Source: Balanoglossus misakiensis
Taxonomy: Eukaryota; Animalia; Hemichordata
NCBI GenBank assembly: GCA_040954595.2
Contig: CM082576.2
Coordinates: 1,102,648 to 1,166,647 of the forward strand
Length of the DNA stretch: 64,000 nt
Direction of reading: 5' to 3'
Shown here: positions 38,145-51,102 of the stretch, piece after piece
Numbering within the stretch: position 1 is the stretch's first letter
Layout: the number at the start of each line of letters is the position of its first letter
The notes under the pieces: generated by a model
Database searches by the model: none
What the model was told of the DNA's origin: nothing
Seen by the model: the letters and a program-made list of their open reading frames with translations, nothing else
Translations under genes and position numbers: made by a program

Positions 38145-41100
38145 CTACACAGCACTACAGGGGTCACCATTTTCATCTTCATATGTAAATGGTACTGGTG
38201 ACTGTGCTGGATGCGTTGCCATGGTATCAGTGTCACCACTATTAGCATACCGAGCACCTGTGTTATTCATGACTGCTGAAGTTCCAAAATCCAAGACACG
38301 ACTTGACTGTCCCCTGAAAAATAATTAGAACAGTGTTTACAGAACAAGAAGGTACATTTAGTTGATTTGTATCAAAGATAATCCCAGAAATGTCACAGCA
38401 GACTTGAATGGTGCCATAGGAATCAGTTAAACCTGTTGACTACCGTTTTCTTTGTAATTAATCTTCTCCAATGCAGGGAACAAAAGTCTGAATTTGGCCA
38501 CTGGCGGCGCTAGCACACTCTGGGGCAACATCATATGCCATTGTAATATTGTTCTACCCAAGCATGTGATATATGAAACAGGGGAATTCAGTGCAACAAG
38601 CATATTCAAAAAAAGAAAGAGAGAGAGAGAGAAAAACTACAAACATTTGTAGATGTGTTTACAGCAGACTGGTGTAAGAAGAAATGTATAAAGCACTTTA
38701 CCACCAAATCAATATTCAATCACTGACTATTAAAATACTACTGGCCAAATTGCAGTTCACCTAAGACAATTAACAGCAAACATGTTCAGCAATCTAACAA
38801 TAGGCTACATCTATCAACCACCACACAGTTACAAAATAATGATATCGGTTCCTATGTATCAACCATTATGGAGTTTAGCCAACATTCAATTCCATGCCAT
38901 GAATAATAAGTCTAAAACAAACCCACAACCATCTAGATGTACTAGTACTGTGATTAGTAAGTACTTACTCATCTTTATCATAGATGGAAACACTTAAATA
39001 TGAAATAAAAATATTTATAAAGTGAGTGATGAACTGAAAAAAAAATATTTATTACATATATACAGCATAGATTAATATTTTAATGACCTGGTTATAATAC
39101 AGAGGTGAAATCAATGAATGACAAATATTATGAAAATAATCACGCACTTTTATAAAGTGTATGTGCACACATACCCAGCCATACTGTCATCCATGCACAT
39201 GAGAAATAACAACCTTACCTTTTCTTGAAAAATATTGTTCTGAGAGAATCACGTAGCGATGGTCTTTTGGCTGATTTCTCTCCCACTTCATAGCTTTTCT
39301 GTCTGGTTTTTGGAGGTTTGTTTTTAATCTTTCTCCTCTGCTGCTGTTGCTTGTCTTCTTCCCAAACACCCGTCACTATCTGTGGTCTGTTGAGTTCTCC
39401 TGATGGTGTGCGTGATCGTTGCTTGTCTGATTCATCATAAGTGAATGGTGTCCGTGGTCGGGGCTTGTCCATCTCGTCATAGTTGTACGGCGTCCGTGGT
39501 CTGCCCTTCTCTGTCTCATCATAGCTGTATGGAGAGTTGTATTCCATTGACACAGGAGTTCTGCTTGTTGGTCTGGATGGGTATCTCTGATCCTGATTGC
39601 CTGTGACAGGCGATGGACTGTCTCGTATTGGTGAATAGTTTGGAGTTGCCTGCAGCTGTTCTTGCTGATACTGTTGCTGTTGTTGCTGCTGCTGCTGCAA
39701 CAGATGCAGGCGATATTGTTCCTTCCTTGAAGGACCCTGCCCTGGCCTCGATGGAATGTAAACTGCCGTATCCTCATCCCTGTTACCATAGATACCAAAA
39801 CTTGGTCTCTTGGGGAGACCCCTCTGCTTTTCCGACTTCTGCTTTGGTTTGGCAAACTCAGACTGATTGTACTGTATGTTCATTTGTGGGTCTGGCACTG
39901 TGTTATGAATGCCATTTATCTGGCCACTGTTCTCAGCCATCTGCTGATCTGGTGGTGTGAGATTAAGATAGCCAGCACTTGAATATTTGACATCATCAAA
40001 AATGTCAACAAAATTGGATCCTTTATGATTCTGACCATCATAATTAGGGTACTGCATTGTGTATGCATCCTTGCCTGGCAGTGACTGGTAGCTATACATA
40101 CTAAGTGTCTGAGGTAGAGACATTTGTCCTGTCATTGCAGTTACATTCAGCTGTGTATCTGTCAGTGACCGACTGGGTCCACTGTACAGATTCACATTTG
40201 GGGTCAAGCGTCCAGATTCATCCTGGCCAACTGACAGCTCCTTGTGCCCCCGGGATCTTCCGTGTGATTTGTCCTTTCTCCGCCGTCGAATTTGTGTTTC
40301 AACGGGAGATGGATTGAGTTGGAATGATAGAGTCATTTTCTCATTCTCCTCTGAGCTGTATTTACCCTGCGAGTGTCTTTTCTCTTCACTTGAAGATTTC
40401 CTGTGGAATTTGTACTTGCGCAGTTTATCAAGGGACGACCTGTAAGAGTTCAAACAGTGACAATCACTTGATGGGAGAAATGTTTCTCTGCACAGCATAC
40501 ACTATGATACGTATGTTGAAATCAAGCAGATTCAGCCAATACAGGAGACCAATTCAAGCAAACAAAGTAGTTAGCATAGATCTATTTAATGGTTAATCTG
40601 TAGTTTTCACTTGTCCACATGAATTAGGTTTAATTTGTTAGTCCCTGTCCACCACTGCATGCTTCCCATCACCACTGTCAATTCCACCTCCACCACCAAC
40701 CATCATCATCATCACCGCCACCACCACCACCTTAAAACCACAAATCATCTCAAACTACTCTACTGATTTACCTGTTGTTGTCAGGGAGAAGGCTGTCAAT
40801 TTCAAGATCAAAGTCATCCACAGATGGCACCATAGAGTGAACACCACTATCTCTCTGTGAGGTCACTGACAAGGCTGTGCTATTCTGACTCAATTTATGC
40901 AAATCAACACTACCACTTGAGATGCTGGACAACTGAGAGATATCACTGTCTCTGGAATTCATGCCAGGGGGAAATGAAGACAAAATACAAAACAAAACAA
41001 CATAGACATGTACATAAATGAATAATACACAATGGATGCAAATTAAATGAACAAATTAAATTTTATGAAGATGGAGAACTTTAGAGGCAAAATGGAATGA

Positions 41101-44100
41101 ATAAGAGGTTTTCAACATAAGAACATTTCAATTTTATGATTTAACAACTTATATTATAATATTGACAGATGAACATGGAAGGGACATTGTAGCATATTTT
41201 GACACTGACACTGCCATGACAATCACATTTGACTGTCATACACACACACATACCTCTGTTTTGCTTGCGTTTGTCTTGAGCTGCTTAGAATTTTGAAAGC
41301 ATCTTCAATGGCAGTGTTCATATTATTGATGAAGTCATTGAGTCCCTGTACAGCTGTCTGCATGTAATAGTAATCTGGATTCTCTTCCTCTGTGAACTTC
41401 AGCAATTGCTGTCAAATAAACAGATCAGTCATTTTTTGAGATCAACAACAATAAATACAAGACAGGGTTCCCATGATATTTGCATACAATGAATAAACTC
41501 ATTGTCTCAAATCTGCCAACAATTGAAATCAAAATGGCTCTTGACTGAGATATGTCTCTAGGGAAAAACTTTGAATTTGTGACTCTATTGTCAGAATAAA
41601 CACATCTACTTGAAAATGTTTATTATTATGTGAAAACAGGAAAAAGACCACTTACCTGAAGTAGCAGGACATATTTTGGTATCCTTTGTAAGGGTGCCAA
41701 TAAAAATGTTGCTAAACCAATATTACTGCTGTTTAACTCAGCCAATTGTTTCTGAAATGGAAACATTCATTAAAAGTTAATCAGAACTTCTTCAGAAGTG
41801 ACTCCGAAATTGTGGCTCAACCACCGGGATAGCATTCACCATCACAACGCACATTTATTGTTCTTTAAAATCATAATGACATAAAACAGCACAAAATAAC
41901 TTCATGCATTCCCAAGAGCTACTTGTAAGTTATAGAAATCATTCAGCAAACACTCACCTTAAGGAACTTTCTGAATTTCTGTGATTGTTTACTCCATTGG
42001 TTTATCATGTCAATGGAATTTGGAAAATCAGTGACATAGTTACTGTAACACTGCAGTAAATCACTCTGTGAAAGGATGAATGAACAGATTTTGAATGAAG
42101 AAAAGAAATACTCATTGATGTGTTTTCGATTTTATGTTGTCAACTGTTGCCTGGATGATTGGAATCAAAATGCACCAAGACTACAATGTTTTGAAACTTT
42201 ATAAAACTAATCAATTATACCTGCCATCACTTCAAACCATAAACTTGCAAACTAAACCAACTTTGGACCAACACAATTCTGTCTCTACACTTTCTTGTTG
42301 TAAGTAATTGCTAGTCTCAATAATTGTCATTGTCCATCTCTCTAGTAGCAGAACACTTACACTACTGGAATCTGTAAGTCTGGCAAACACATCTCCCAGC
42401 ATGCCTTCATACTTCCTGTTGTGAACTCTCTCTTCTATTTGTTTCAGTATCAATTGATGTCTTTGGTAGAAAACACTCAGATAAGCTGGGAAAATGGCAC
42501 TGCAAACAATAATAGCAAATATTGGCATTTCAGTACATGACAATTGAGTAGTGCAAGTAAACTGAAAATATTTATGTTTTCTGCCAATAAAATAAGCAAC
42601 TTGACAAACACAAATTACAAATTCAGAAAGACAGAGACTTACTTGACATCTCTTGCTGGCAATATGGATGACTGTCTCAACGGAGTGGCAAAGTTTTTCT
42701 CCAGAATTGACAGACAGTTGACATACTTCTTCTCTGTCTCTAAGATTTCAAACGCAATCTCTTGTCTCTTACTTCTGTCTATCATTTCCTTTGATGGTGT
42801 TGATAAGATTCTTTCATCATGACCTCCAAATGAACTGTTCCGGGAAGCTCCTGATCCCTGATCCACAGAAAAAGGAAATGTTGGAGAAGGGATGGTGAAT
42901 ATAAGACCAGTCAAATGTATACTGATGTTTTTTACATTTCCTAACATAGATGTACCTTTAAAAGAAGATTTAAAACTTATGAAACAATGGGTTTTACAAA
43001 TTAAATGACACCACGTTGACCATTAAATTGCTCACTAACTTATATCTTTTCATCTATGCTACGGATGCTAGGGATAGTTCCCGATAAAACCTGCATCAAA
43101 AATGTCTTGCAGAAGTTGTTTGTTTAATGGTCATAAGTATCCACTGAAGTTGTCTCTTTATTTTTACCTCATTTCTATTCAACTGAAAGTGACTTTGGAT
43201 TGTTTGCTGGTTGGTAACAGCCTCAGGTGATGTTAGCTCCTCTTCATCTGATGTGATGTGTGATTTGACAAACTTGTTGTGAAGTGATCTACTGAGTGTA
43301 AGACTTAATGTTGCTGCTTGGGTGATGGAGGAATCAGATTCATAATTCTGATTGTCATCAGTTGTAGTGAAATCTGCAATTTAAGAAATTTATACAAGCT
43401 GCAAATGCCATTAAAAGAAATATGCTGAAACGCTGCTTCTTTCCCTATAAAAATGAATTTATTACACTTTCATTAAAATATTTTCATAAGGGATACTATG
43501 TCTAATTGTCAAACTTTTAATTGTACCAGATTTCATCAATTCTTGATATTATGAATTTGTACTTTGTAAGGACCAGATGAGCGCCACCAAGTGTTGAATG
43601 TACAAACCAAAGACACTGATTGAGGTGTATACAATGCTTTACATATTCAAATACTGGTTATTTGATATTCAGACCGTACATGTATCAGCTTTCAGTTTGA
43701 ATAGGTGGACAATTGACCTCTGAATGTAATATTCCCCGACAAGTATTAAAATCGAGAATAGAAATATCAGACTAAATTGACGGGAAATTACACCAGGTTG
43801 CAAAATAAATTTACAGAAATCAATTACTGACTAACTGACCCGAATTCACTTGTAAGATATCAGTCAGTTATTATAACTTGGGACGACTGATAATCAATGA
43901 TGACTCCAAGATATAATAAATATTACTCTGGGAAATCATTTTATATAGATAATCACCAAAGCTCTAGTAGTGAGATTTTCACAGCATATGAACAATCTGA
44001 ACTAGGATTATGATCATTAAATATTCATCAGTATAAAGTTGTATGATCATGATGTGCTCAGTGAGATAAAGAACCTTACAGTACCTGTGTGTGTATTCTT

Positions 44101-47100
44101 GCTATAGGAGGGAGGAGACAGAGGCTGACTACAGTTACTCTCTCCATCTGCCCTGTCACCATGACGACTACCATGATTGGTGTTGATTTCATTCTTTTCC
44201 TCTAGTTCTTTGAGATCATCCATATTGCCATTGACCTGATCATCCTTGGTGACCTCAGACGGAAAACTTTGTTTCTGATGGTTCTTTCTGTTGAAACAAT
44301 TTTTAAAAACCAATTACATGGCTTTTAATTTATTATTTAAGGAATTTATTTTTCTTTCGAACTAAAAATTTTCAACTATTTCAAGATTTTACTGCTGTAA
44401 CACAGCCTCTTCCTATTAATACAAAATTTCAAAAAGTTGCAGATTTCAATTTGACATCTAAATTTCCCAAGACTCTGAAGACATTATTTATCTTTGAAAA
44501 TTTAGCAAACAAAAAGTACTTTATTTCCATCTCCATATACTAGTCTCAATTTGTCTGAAATCCATAGTTGATAGTATATGATCATCATAAACTGGAACAG
44601 GTGGCCAATATCCTTGGCATGAATATTTCATTAGTATGCTGTTCTACATTGATCATATGATGGAACGTGTGAAAATTTCAGGTCAACCGCAACTTCCATT
44701 ACTATATTTATAACTCTTTACTGAGTACTGGCCATCACACATGGAAGATACACTCTTGAACCTAATATATGACTTCTTACCGAAGTCTTTCTGAAATGGA
44801 TCCCGACTTCTCCAGTTCTTCAACCAATAAATCTCTCTCATATTGCAAGTATTCAATCTGTTCTTTCAGAGTCTGTTGTGTTTCCGTGGTGACCTGAAGC
44901 TGACTTTGAACACTCCCAAAATCACTCTGCAAAATTCAAATATGAATTTAATATGAAGCACTTTTCAAATGTATATCACCACCACTGATGTTTAAAATCA
45001 ACTACATGTAGCACATTTACAGAACCTCAAAAATTCTAAGACTACAATGTGACTGAAACCAATGTTAGACTTTCTACTTATTATTGGCATGAATTGAATA
45101 CACAGTTGTAAGGACTTCCTGTTTTGCCTATCCCCTTTAGACCCTCTCATATATGTTCCCTGTGGTTGGTCATCTTGTTTTCGTCAGAGCAGTTTTCTGC
45201 AACTGTTGCTGAGGGAAATATGCCTATGCTGACCAATGCTGGGGAAATTTTGTACTGCGTTATTTCACTGAATCATGGGACACATTGTAAGCACAGGATC
45301 ACAACAGTATATAAGAGAGTTTACATATGGAGAAGAAACTTAAAGCTCTACAAGCTTTTTATTATTTTTAATGAAGGCATGACTTGAAATAGAACTGCCA
45401 TATGGGTATACGTCACCTTAGTAACAAGAATCATACGCATCACCTCTATTGTAGTCAATTTTTTCAGTCAAAAACACAAAATGACATTCAAATGAATCTC
45501 AATTATAATCAAGGTCACAGATTCCTTCTCAATACCTATTCATAAAACTTGTACACTTCATCAGTTTTTTTTCACAAACAACTTCAATCCTTAAAACTGA
45601 TCACTGTCATGTCTATGATAAGCAGGAAAAAATACAATCATTTGCTTCAAAAATTAATAGCTGAAAAAAATGGCCTCAGTACAAAGATGGAGCTTTTAAT
45701 AGCTAAATAATAATTTATTTTTAACTGACCTTGAGCTCAGCGACCATCTGTGCTATTTCACTGATCTCTTGACGACATTCAATTTTGTTGTCTTCTATCT
45801 TCTGATGCAAAGCCTGGTCATCTCTTTGGATGGAAGCCAGTTCTTGCAGAGCACTGGCAAAGCCATCTTTCATTTCCTGGACAAGCAAATGTAACTGCAA
45901 GGGCAAAAGGGAAAAAGTATAGAAAATAATTGCAAAACAAATCAATCACCATTAGTTGCTTAGAGTCATCATTCTTTTTATTATCACATGATTGGATCAC
46001 AATCAAAATGAATTAAACTTTGTATCAAGATTTCAACATAGCAATTTTACGGAATCTTATATGATAACTTACATTAATGGGCAATTTTGTGAAATTTTTA
46101 TCCACAGTTTCACACATTCCTATGCAGATACTGAACCACACTGATCTCTCCCAATTGTCTCTCAACCATTCATTCACTCCAACAGTCTCTGCATCACTGG
46201 TTATAATTACGAAACACCAATCACAAAACCACTGCATTGACCCAAGGGAGACAAGTCACTCATACTAATTGATTCATACAGAGAGTACTTCTCATAAATT
46301 GATGTCAATTAGCATAAGTATACATTAATGTATGCCACTTTAATAAGAAAGCGTACAGTATAAGCATGGCAGAATATTGTATTTTAGCAGCAGCAGAGAC
46401 CCATGTTTGGTTCATATGACTCTAAGCAAATTCAGAGTGAATATACACAGAGATAACTGTTATGATCTGGTTAAGATGCGCATATGACAAAGATTTCTAC
46501 ATTAATTTGCTCATGTGATGACCTGACTGCCATTCATATTTAAACCAGTGTGTTTATGTTTTAAAAGATTAATTTACAAATCATTTCTATATCTGAAATT
46601 AATCAGGCATTGCTTCTAAAAAAATTCTGAATGAAATATTCACCATGGATGATCATCAAATTTACAAAGAAAAGTTTCAGAAGAGGCCAGTGTACTGCAT
46701 ATTTGTTACCACACTTTTAGACATGTACTAAATATTTCAGTGCATTGTAACACTGTCGGTATTTTAAAGACCTTGTTTAAATACAAGAACACGTAGCAGC
46801 CTATCACAGCATGATGTACATGGTACATTACCAGTTACATCTAGTACTTCAACACTGGTCTTAACTAATTAGAAAGAATCAATGGACTTTGAAACTCAAT
46901 GAAAACTGTACAATGCCAACAAATCAATAAAATCAATCTAAGCTAACAATGGACAAGTCACTTAAAATGGTCAGTGGGGCTGAAGTGTTTTAGAAATATT
47001 GTTAGAAACAACATTGCATTGAAAATACCATGGCAGCAATATAGCAGTACATAATCATTAAAACTTATATTCCAAAATAAGTTCTATGATATAGATTATT

Positions 47101-49482
47101 ATGGTAATCTTCATGCCACATACACTATTGGAATTTTAAAAGGATCTTGCCTTTTTCCCCATTGATCAAACCCATACAATGTATGTTCTTGATTTTCATT
47201 TTGTATCTACATATGTATATTAAAAATGGTCTATCCTTCAGAGTCAGTGGATATGAAATGATAGACAAATAATATACAGTATCATCAGTCACACTTTTTG
47301 CACTGATGATCTCATGTGGTCCATCACTAAAATGAGGCATGTAACATCCATTTAATTGCACGATAGCCATTTTCATCCTCCTGACATCATCCACTAGGAT
47401 ATCCATTAACACTACATTTCCCTTAAAACTTGTCCACAGATTAAGCATTGCCAAATTGGGCATGTACATCATTCCACTTGTAGACAGCCAGCCCTGGCTG
47501 ACACAGTCACATCCACATTTAATTTCCGGCATTCAAACAACATTAGTCCTGTGTAATAGACCTTCAAATGAAAGACTGACAAGAATATTAATGACTCAAC
47601 CTAGTTGTAATTCCGTAGTGTACATTTTACGACCAATTGCATTTGGTTTGGCTATCTTTCAATAGCACATCTGAAATGCAATTTGGTCAGTTTGTCCAAT
47701 TCATGACAAATTTCACAAATACTGTAATTTGCACTGTCTCTTTCTGTAAAAACATTATAATCCTCATAAAACTGGAAATATTTATTGATATCTCATAACA
47801 TAATCTTTGCTTGAGTGAAATAAAAACTTAAAATGTGAAGAACATAATTATAAATCAAATCAAATTTTCCTACATTCACATTATATGTCTGCATTCTCCA
47901 AAGCTATTAATTTATTACATAATCTGAGTCAGGAACACACAAAATTAAATTACTCTGCCTTTTTCCATTTAATATAACAATCAATACAACATATCAATTA
48001 CCTGAAATGAAACACTTATAATTATAATAAAAAAAAACATTTCCACGTTTTTCAATACACCTCACATACCGTAGATGATTGTTATGCAATGATAAAAACA
48101 AGCCCCTTGAATGTTTGGTCTATGTGCACTGTCAAACACAGATATTGATTACAAATATTCAGATCAAAGCTATACACAGGTCAAAGTCAAGGTAGCTTGT
48201 GAGGTTTGTACAAGTATTGCATTCAAAATTCTGGAAATGTATCCTAATTTTCTTAGAGTTATAAATATCACAATTTAAATCCCCCAAAAATGATCTTTAA
48301 AAATTTAATTGGCACAGCAATTGTTAAAGAAACCTAATCTACACAAGTTTCATAAAATTAAAAAAAAATATGACTGAGAAATTTGCAATTTAAAATATGT
48401 TGCAACCTCACAAGCTGCATTAATAAGTTTTAAGAGATTGCAATCAGCATTCTGTTGTTTGCTTGAAATGAATCCAACATCAGAACATTTCACCAACAAT
48501 AAATCATGCCAAGCTTGACAAACCAAAGACTACTTGGGCAGGAAATTACCCGAGAATGATATTAAATACTCCCAGTTCCCACCTGTCCATCAAAACTCTC
48601 TACACATAAATTATATATTATATATGCCAAATATGCATACGATCTGTGGTTCATTTTTTCTCTCTCAAAACATATCAATGATTTATTGCAAAACAGTCAT
48701 TAGGTACATTGACGGAAGTGTTTTCAGTCTCCAAAATCCTTTTACTTCAATCCTGCTATTAATATCTTCTCATTGGAAATTAGTTTCCATATTTATGGTG
48801 TTAATGTTCAGCATGGTATAAGTTCCCCGTATAACCATGCAAAATTAAATCATAAAGTGGAAGATTTTTAATTCTGAGTGAGAAGAGAATCAGATATTCA
48901 ATGAAAAAATACCCACCCATCTTTGCCATAAACATAGCTGTCCATATGGCCAATATTAATTTAAATTGCAAATATTTGTCTTATATAAATGTTGCCACAA
49001 TAAATGGTGCCAAACACACCTACACACGCACACAGACACATAATTTAATGATCATGACAAACAAACAAAATTATGTATTACATGTATCTCATTATTCACC
49101 TGGCTAATCTGCTCCACCAGCTGATCTTGACTGGCATCACCTGTCCCTATAATGGCAAACAAAACAAAACAACATTACAAGATTGTTAATACCTTCAATG
49201 ATCAAGGTTGAATTTATCTCAGTGTTTTCAATGCAATTTCCTTCTGAACTCAAGTTACTGAAGATGCCTTGATTAAAAATTTATGAAGACTCAGTTTATG
49301 AGGAAATGAAAATCTCTGAGTGATCACTGAGAACAACTGCAGAGTATAATATCTGTGAGGTACAATGTTTTAAGAGAAGAATATAGATGACATGAAACCT
49401 GGCTCTTAAGTGCAGAAAGTATTAGAGTATACAGATAAAAATGACAAATGTCTTATATACCTGTCTGTAAAAACACTGACAT
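38145..49482 (-). CDS. ARHGEF33: Rho guanine nucleotide exchange factor 33-like (N-terminal coiled coil, DH domain, no PH), about 1017 aa, 14 coding exons
   Basis: Exons: 49482-49461, 49146-49100, 45876-45730, 44926-44781, 44287-44085, 43373-43168, 42857-42643, 42499-42361, 42065-41958, 41751-41656, 41408-41254, 40951-40772, 40439-39219, 38313-38145. All are GT-AG and phase-compatible (3054 nt). DH motifs: KRQEIAFEILETEKKYVNCL and LLAPLQRIPKYVLLLQQLLKFT. The N-terminal EMKDGFASALQELASIQ resembles human ARHGEF33 ELKTGFTEAMQELSRIQ as recalled. The first two small exons are less certain. Confidence 0.85.
39655..39702 (-). repeat. CAG/CAA polyglutamine tract in the RhoGEF
   Basis: LLQQQQQQQQQYQQEQ in the large exon. 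Confidence 0.8.
40684..40731. repeat. (CAC)n/(CAT)n intronic microsatellite
   Basis: ccacctccaccaccaaccatcatcatcatcaccgccaccaccaccacc. Confidence 0.7.
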
Positions 49483-49917
49483 CTTCACCGTGCATACATC
49501 TTGTCAGTTTCAAGATTCATCTTGGGTATCCCTGTATATATCATTTGTATGTCTGCTTTCATCTTGTTACTACTGAGTAGTTTTTTTCTGTTCACATCGT
49601 ATCTGTGGAAAAAAATTACAATGATATCAATGCACCATCTTGTGCAATCCAATTTCTAAAACTAATAAGACAAAATTTATTTAGTCATTTCCAATATCAT
49701 GAATATGTCAATGTCAATGACAAAGACTCTAGAAGATCATGGTTTGAGACAACATTTTTACTCTTTTGTCAATAGCCTAAAATATCAATATTCATGCTGA
49801 TTACCAGTTCACAGCTTAAATTGTCACATTACAGCGTTGTACTGGTAAATAGATGGCAGGTCAAAAATGTTACATGAGGTATTTATGGTATGTTATTATC
49901 GGGAAGTAAATTCTTGG

Positions 49918-49938
49918 CAGTTTCAGTTTCAGTTTCAG
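49918..49938 (+). promoter_or_regulatory. Tandem ISRE/IRF-binding element upstream of the LRAT-domain gene
   Basis: CAGTTTCAGTTTCAGTTTCAG matches the ISRE consensus AGTTTCNNTTTC twice, overlapping. It lies about 160 nt before a strong donor AAG|GTGAGT (50096) that could splice to the acceptor at 51071-51072, 30 nt before the LRAT-gene ATG. Confidence 0.55.
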
Positions 49939-51102
49939 AAATGAGATCATCTCACAAATTTGGAAGGTAACAATGAATCACTTCAGTCATGCCACTTCAG
50001 GTAATAATAAATGCTCTGGCAAACCTGAAACCTTTTTAGTTTTGGCAGCAACACAGTGGTGACAAAACCAATCACTGATACTTACTCTTGTAAAGGTGAG
50101 TTTATTTAAACGTTTTTTATTTCTCGGTAAAAGTAAAATACACATACCCTGTACAAGTCAAGAAAAATATGTTACAGCTATATATGTCAAAATAACAGTT
50201 TGTAACTTATAAGCCATGTTTCACTTTGTAGCCACCTATATGTATAATAAATGTGCAACAAACAATTAGGGCTGCTGTAAGGATACAATTGGCCAGGGAT
50301 AAGGTAATCTCTTTCATGCTTTCATGGGGCTGAAAATGACATGAATGTTAGCAGTACATGGCAAATTCCCTGCATACCGGTACATGTACCTGTTGAAAGG
50401 ATGTTAAAAATGTTGAGCTATAATGGGCTGGTACAGAGATTTGCTGTATATAAGCCTAGTCCATAATTATTAAAAATGCAAACTGCCAGACATAGATGCA
50501 TGTAAAAGAATGGTTTAATGCAATAACAAAAAACAAACAAGCCAAAACAATGCAAATGGCAAAGAAAAACTGGGGTACAAGGTCTCCATAGTGTCCATGA
50601 AGGAAAAGAATTCTGGTGGTCACGAGAATTTTTTTATTTACATGCATTTTCATGTGCTTCAGCTTGGATGGTTTAAAACATAGCAGAAACTAAAACAAGA
50701 ACAGTAAAGGATGGCATAGGCCTATATCCATGAACTATAGAAAACGACTCATAAATCTACAAAACACAACCAATGACTCCGATCACTCTAGAAAGTAAAG
50801 CAAAAGCATAGAATCACATGGTGATACTAAAAGATTCACTTCAAACTTATCCAGCCTGATACTGCCAATGCCATGACATCAAAACAGCAACATGCGGTAA
50901 TTTCTGTTGTTTCTATCCCTGCATAATGTGTGCATTAGTATTAACACCTATTTTGAATCTTCCATTACATGTATTGTTATAATAGTATTATTATTCCTAT
51001 GTGTCATGATATGAAAGATAAAAATTGATATGACAAACATACTAAATCCATCTTCCACTTAATATTCATTAGATCTCTTGGTTGTGAACGTTCTGAGGAA
51101 AC

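Noticed and set aside
47125-47665. 135-aa and 69-aa ORFs in a RhoGEF intron
   Set aside because: They have no motifs and are not needed for phase continuity between exons 49146-49100 and 45876-45730.
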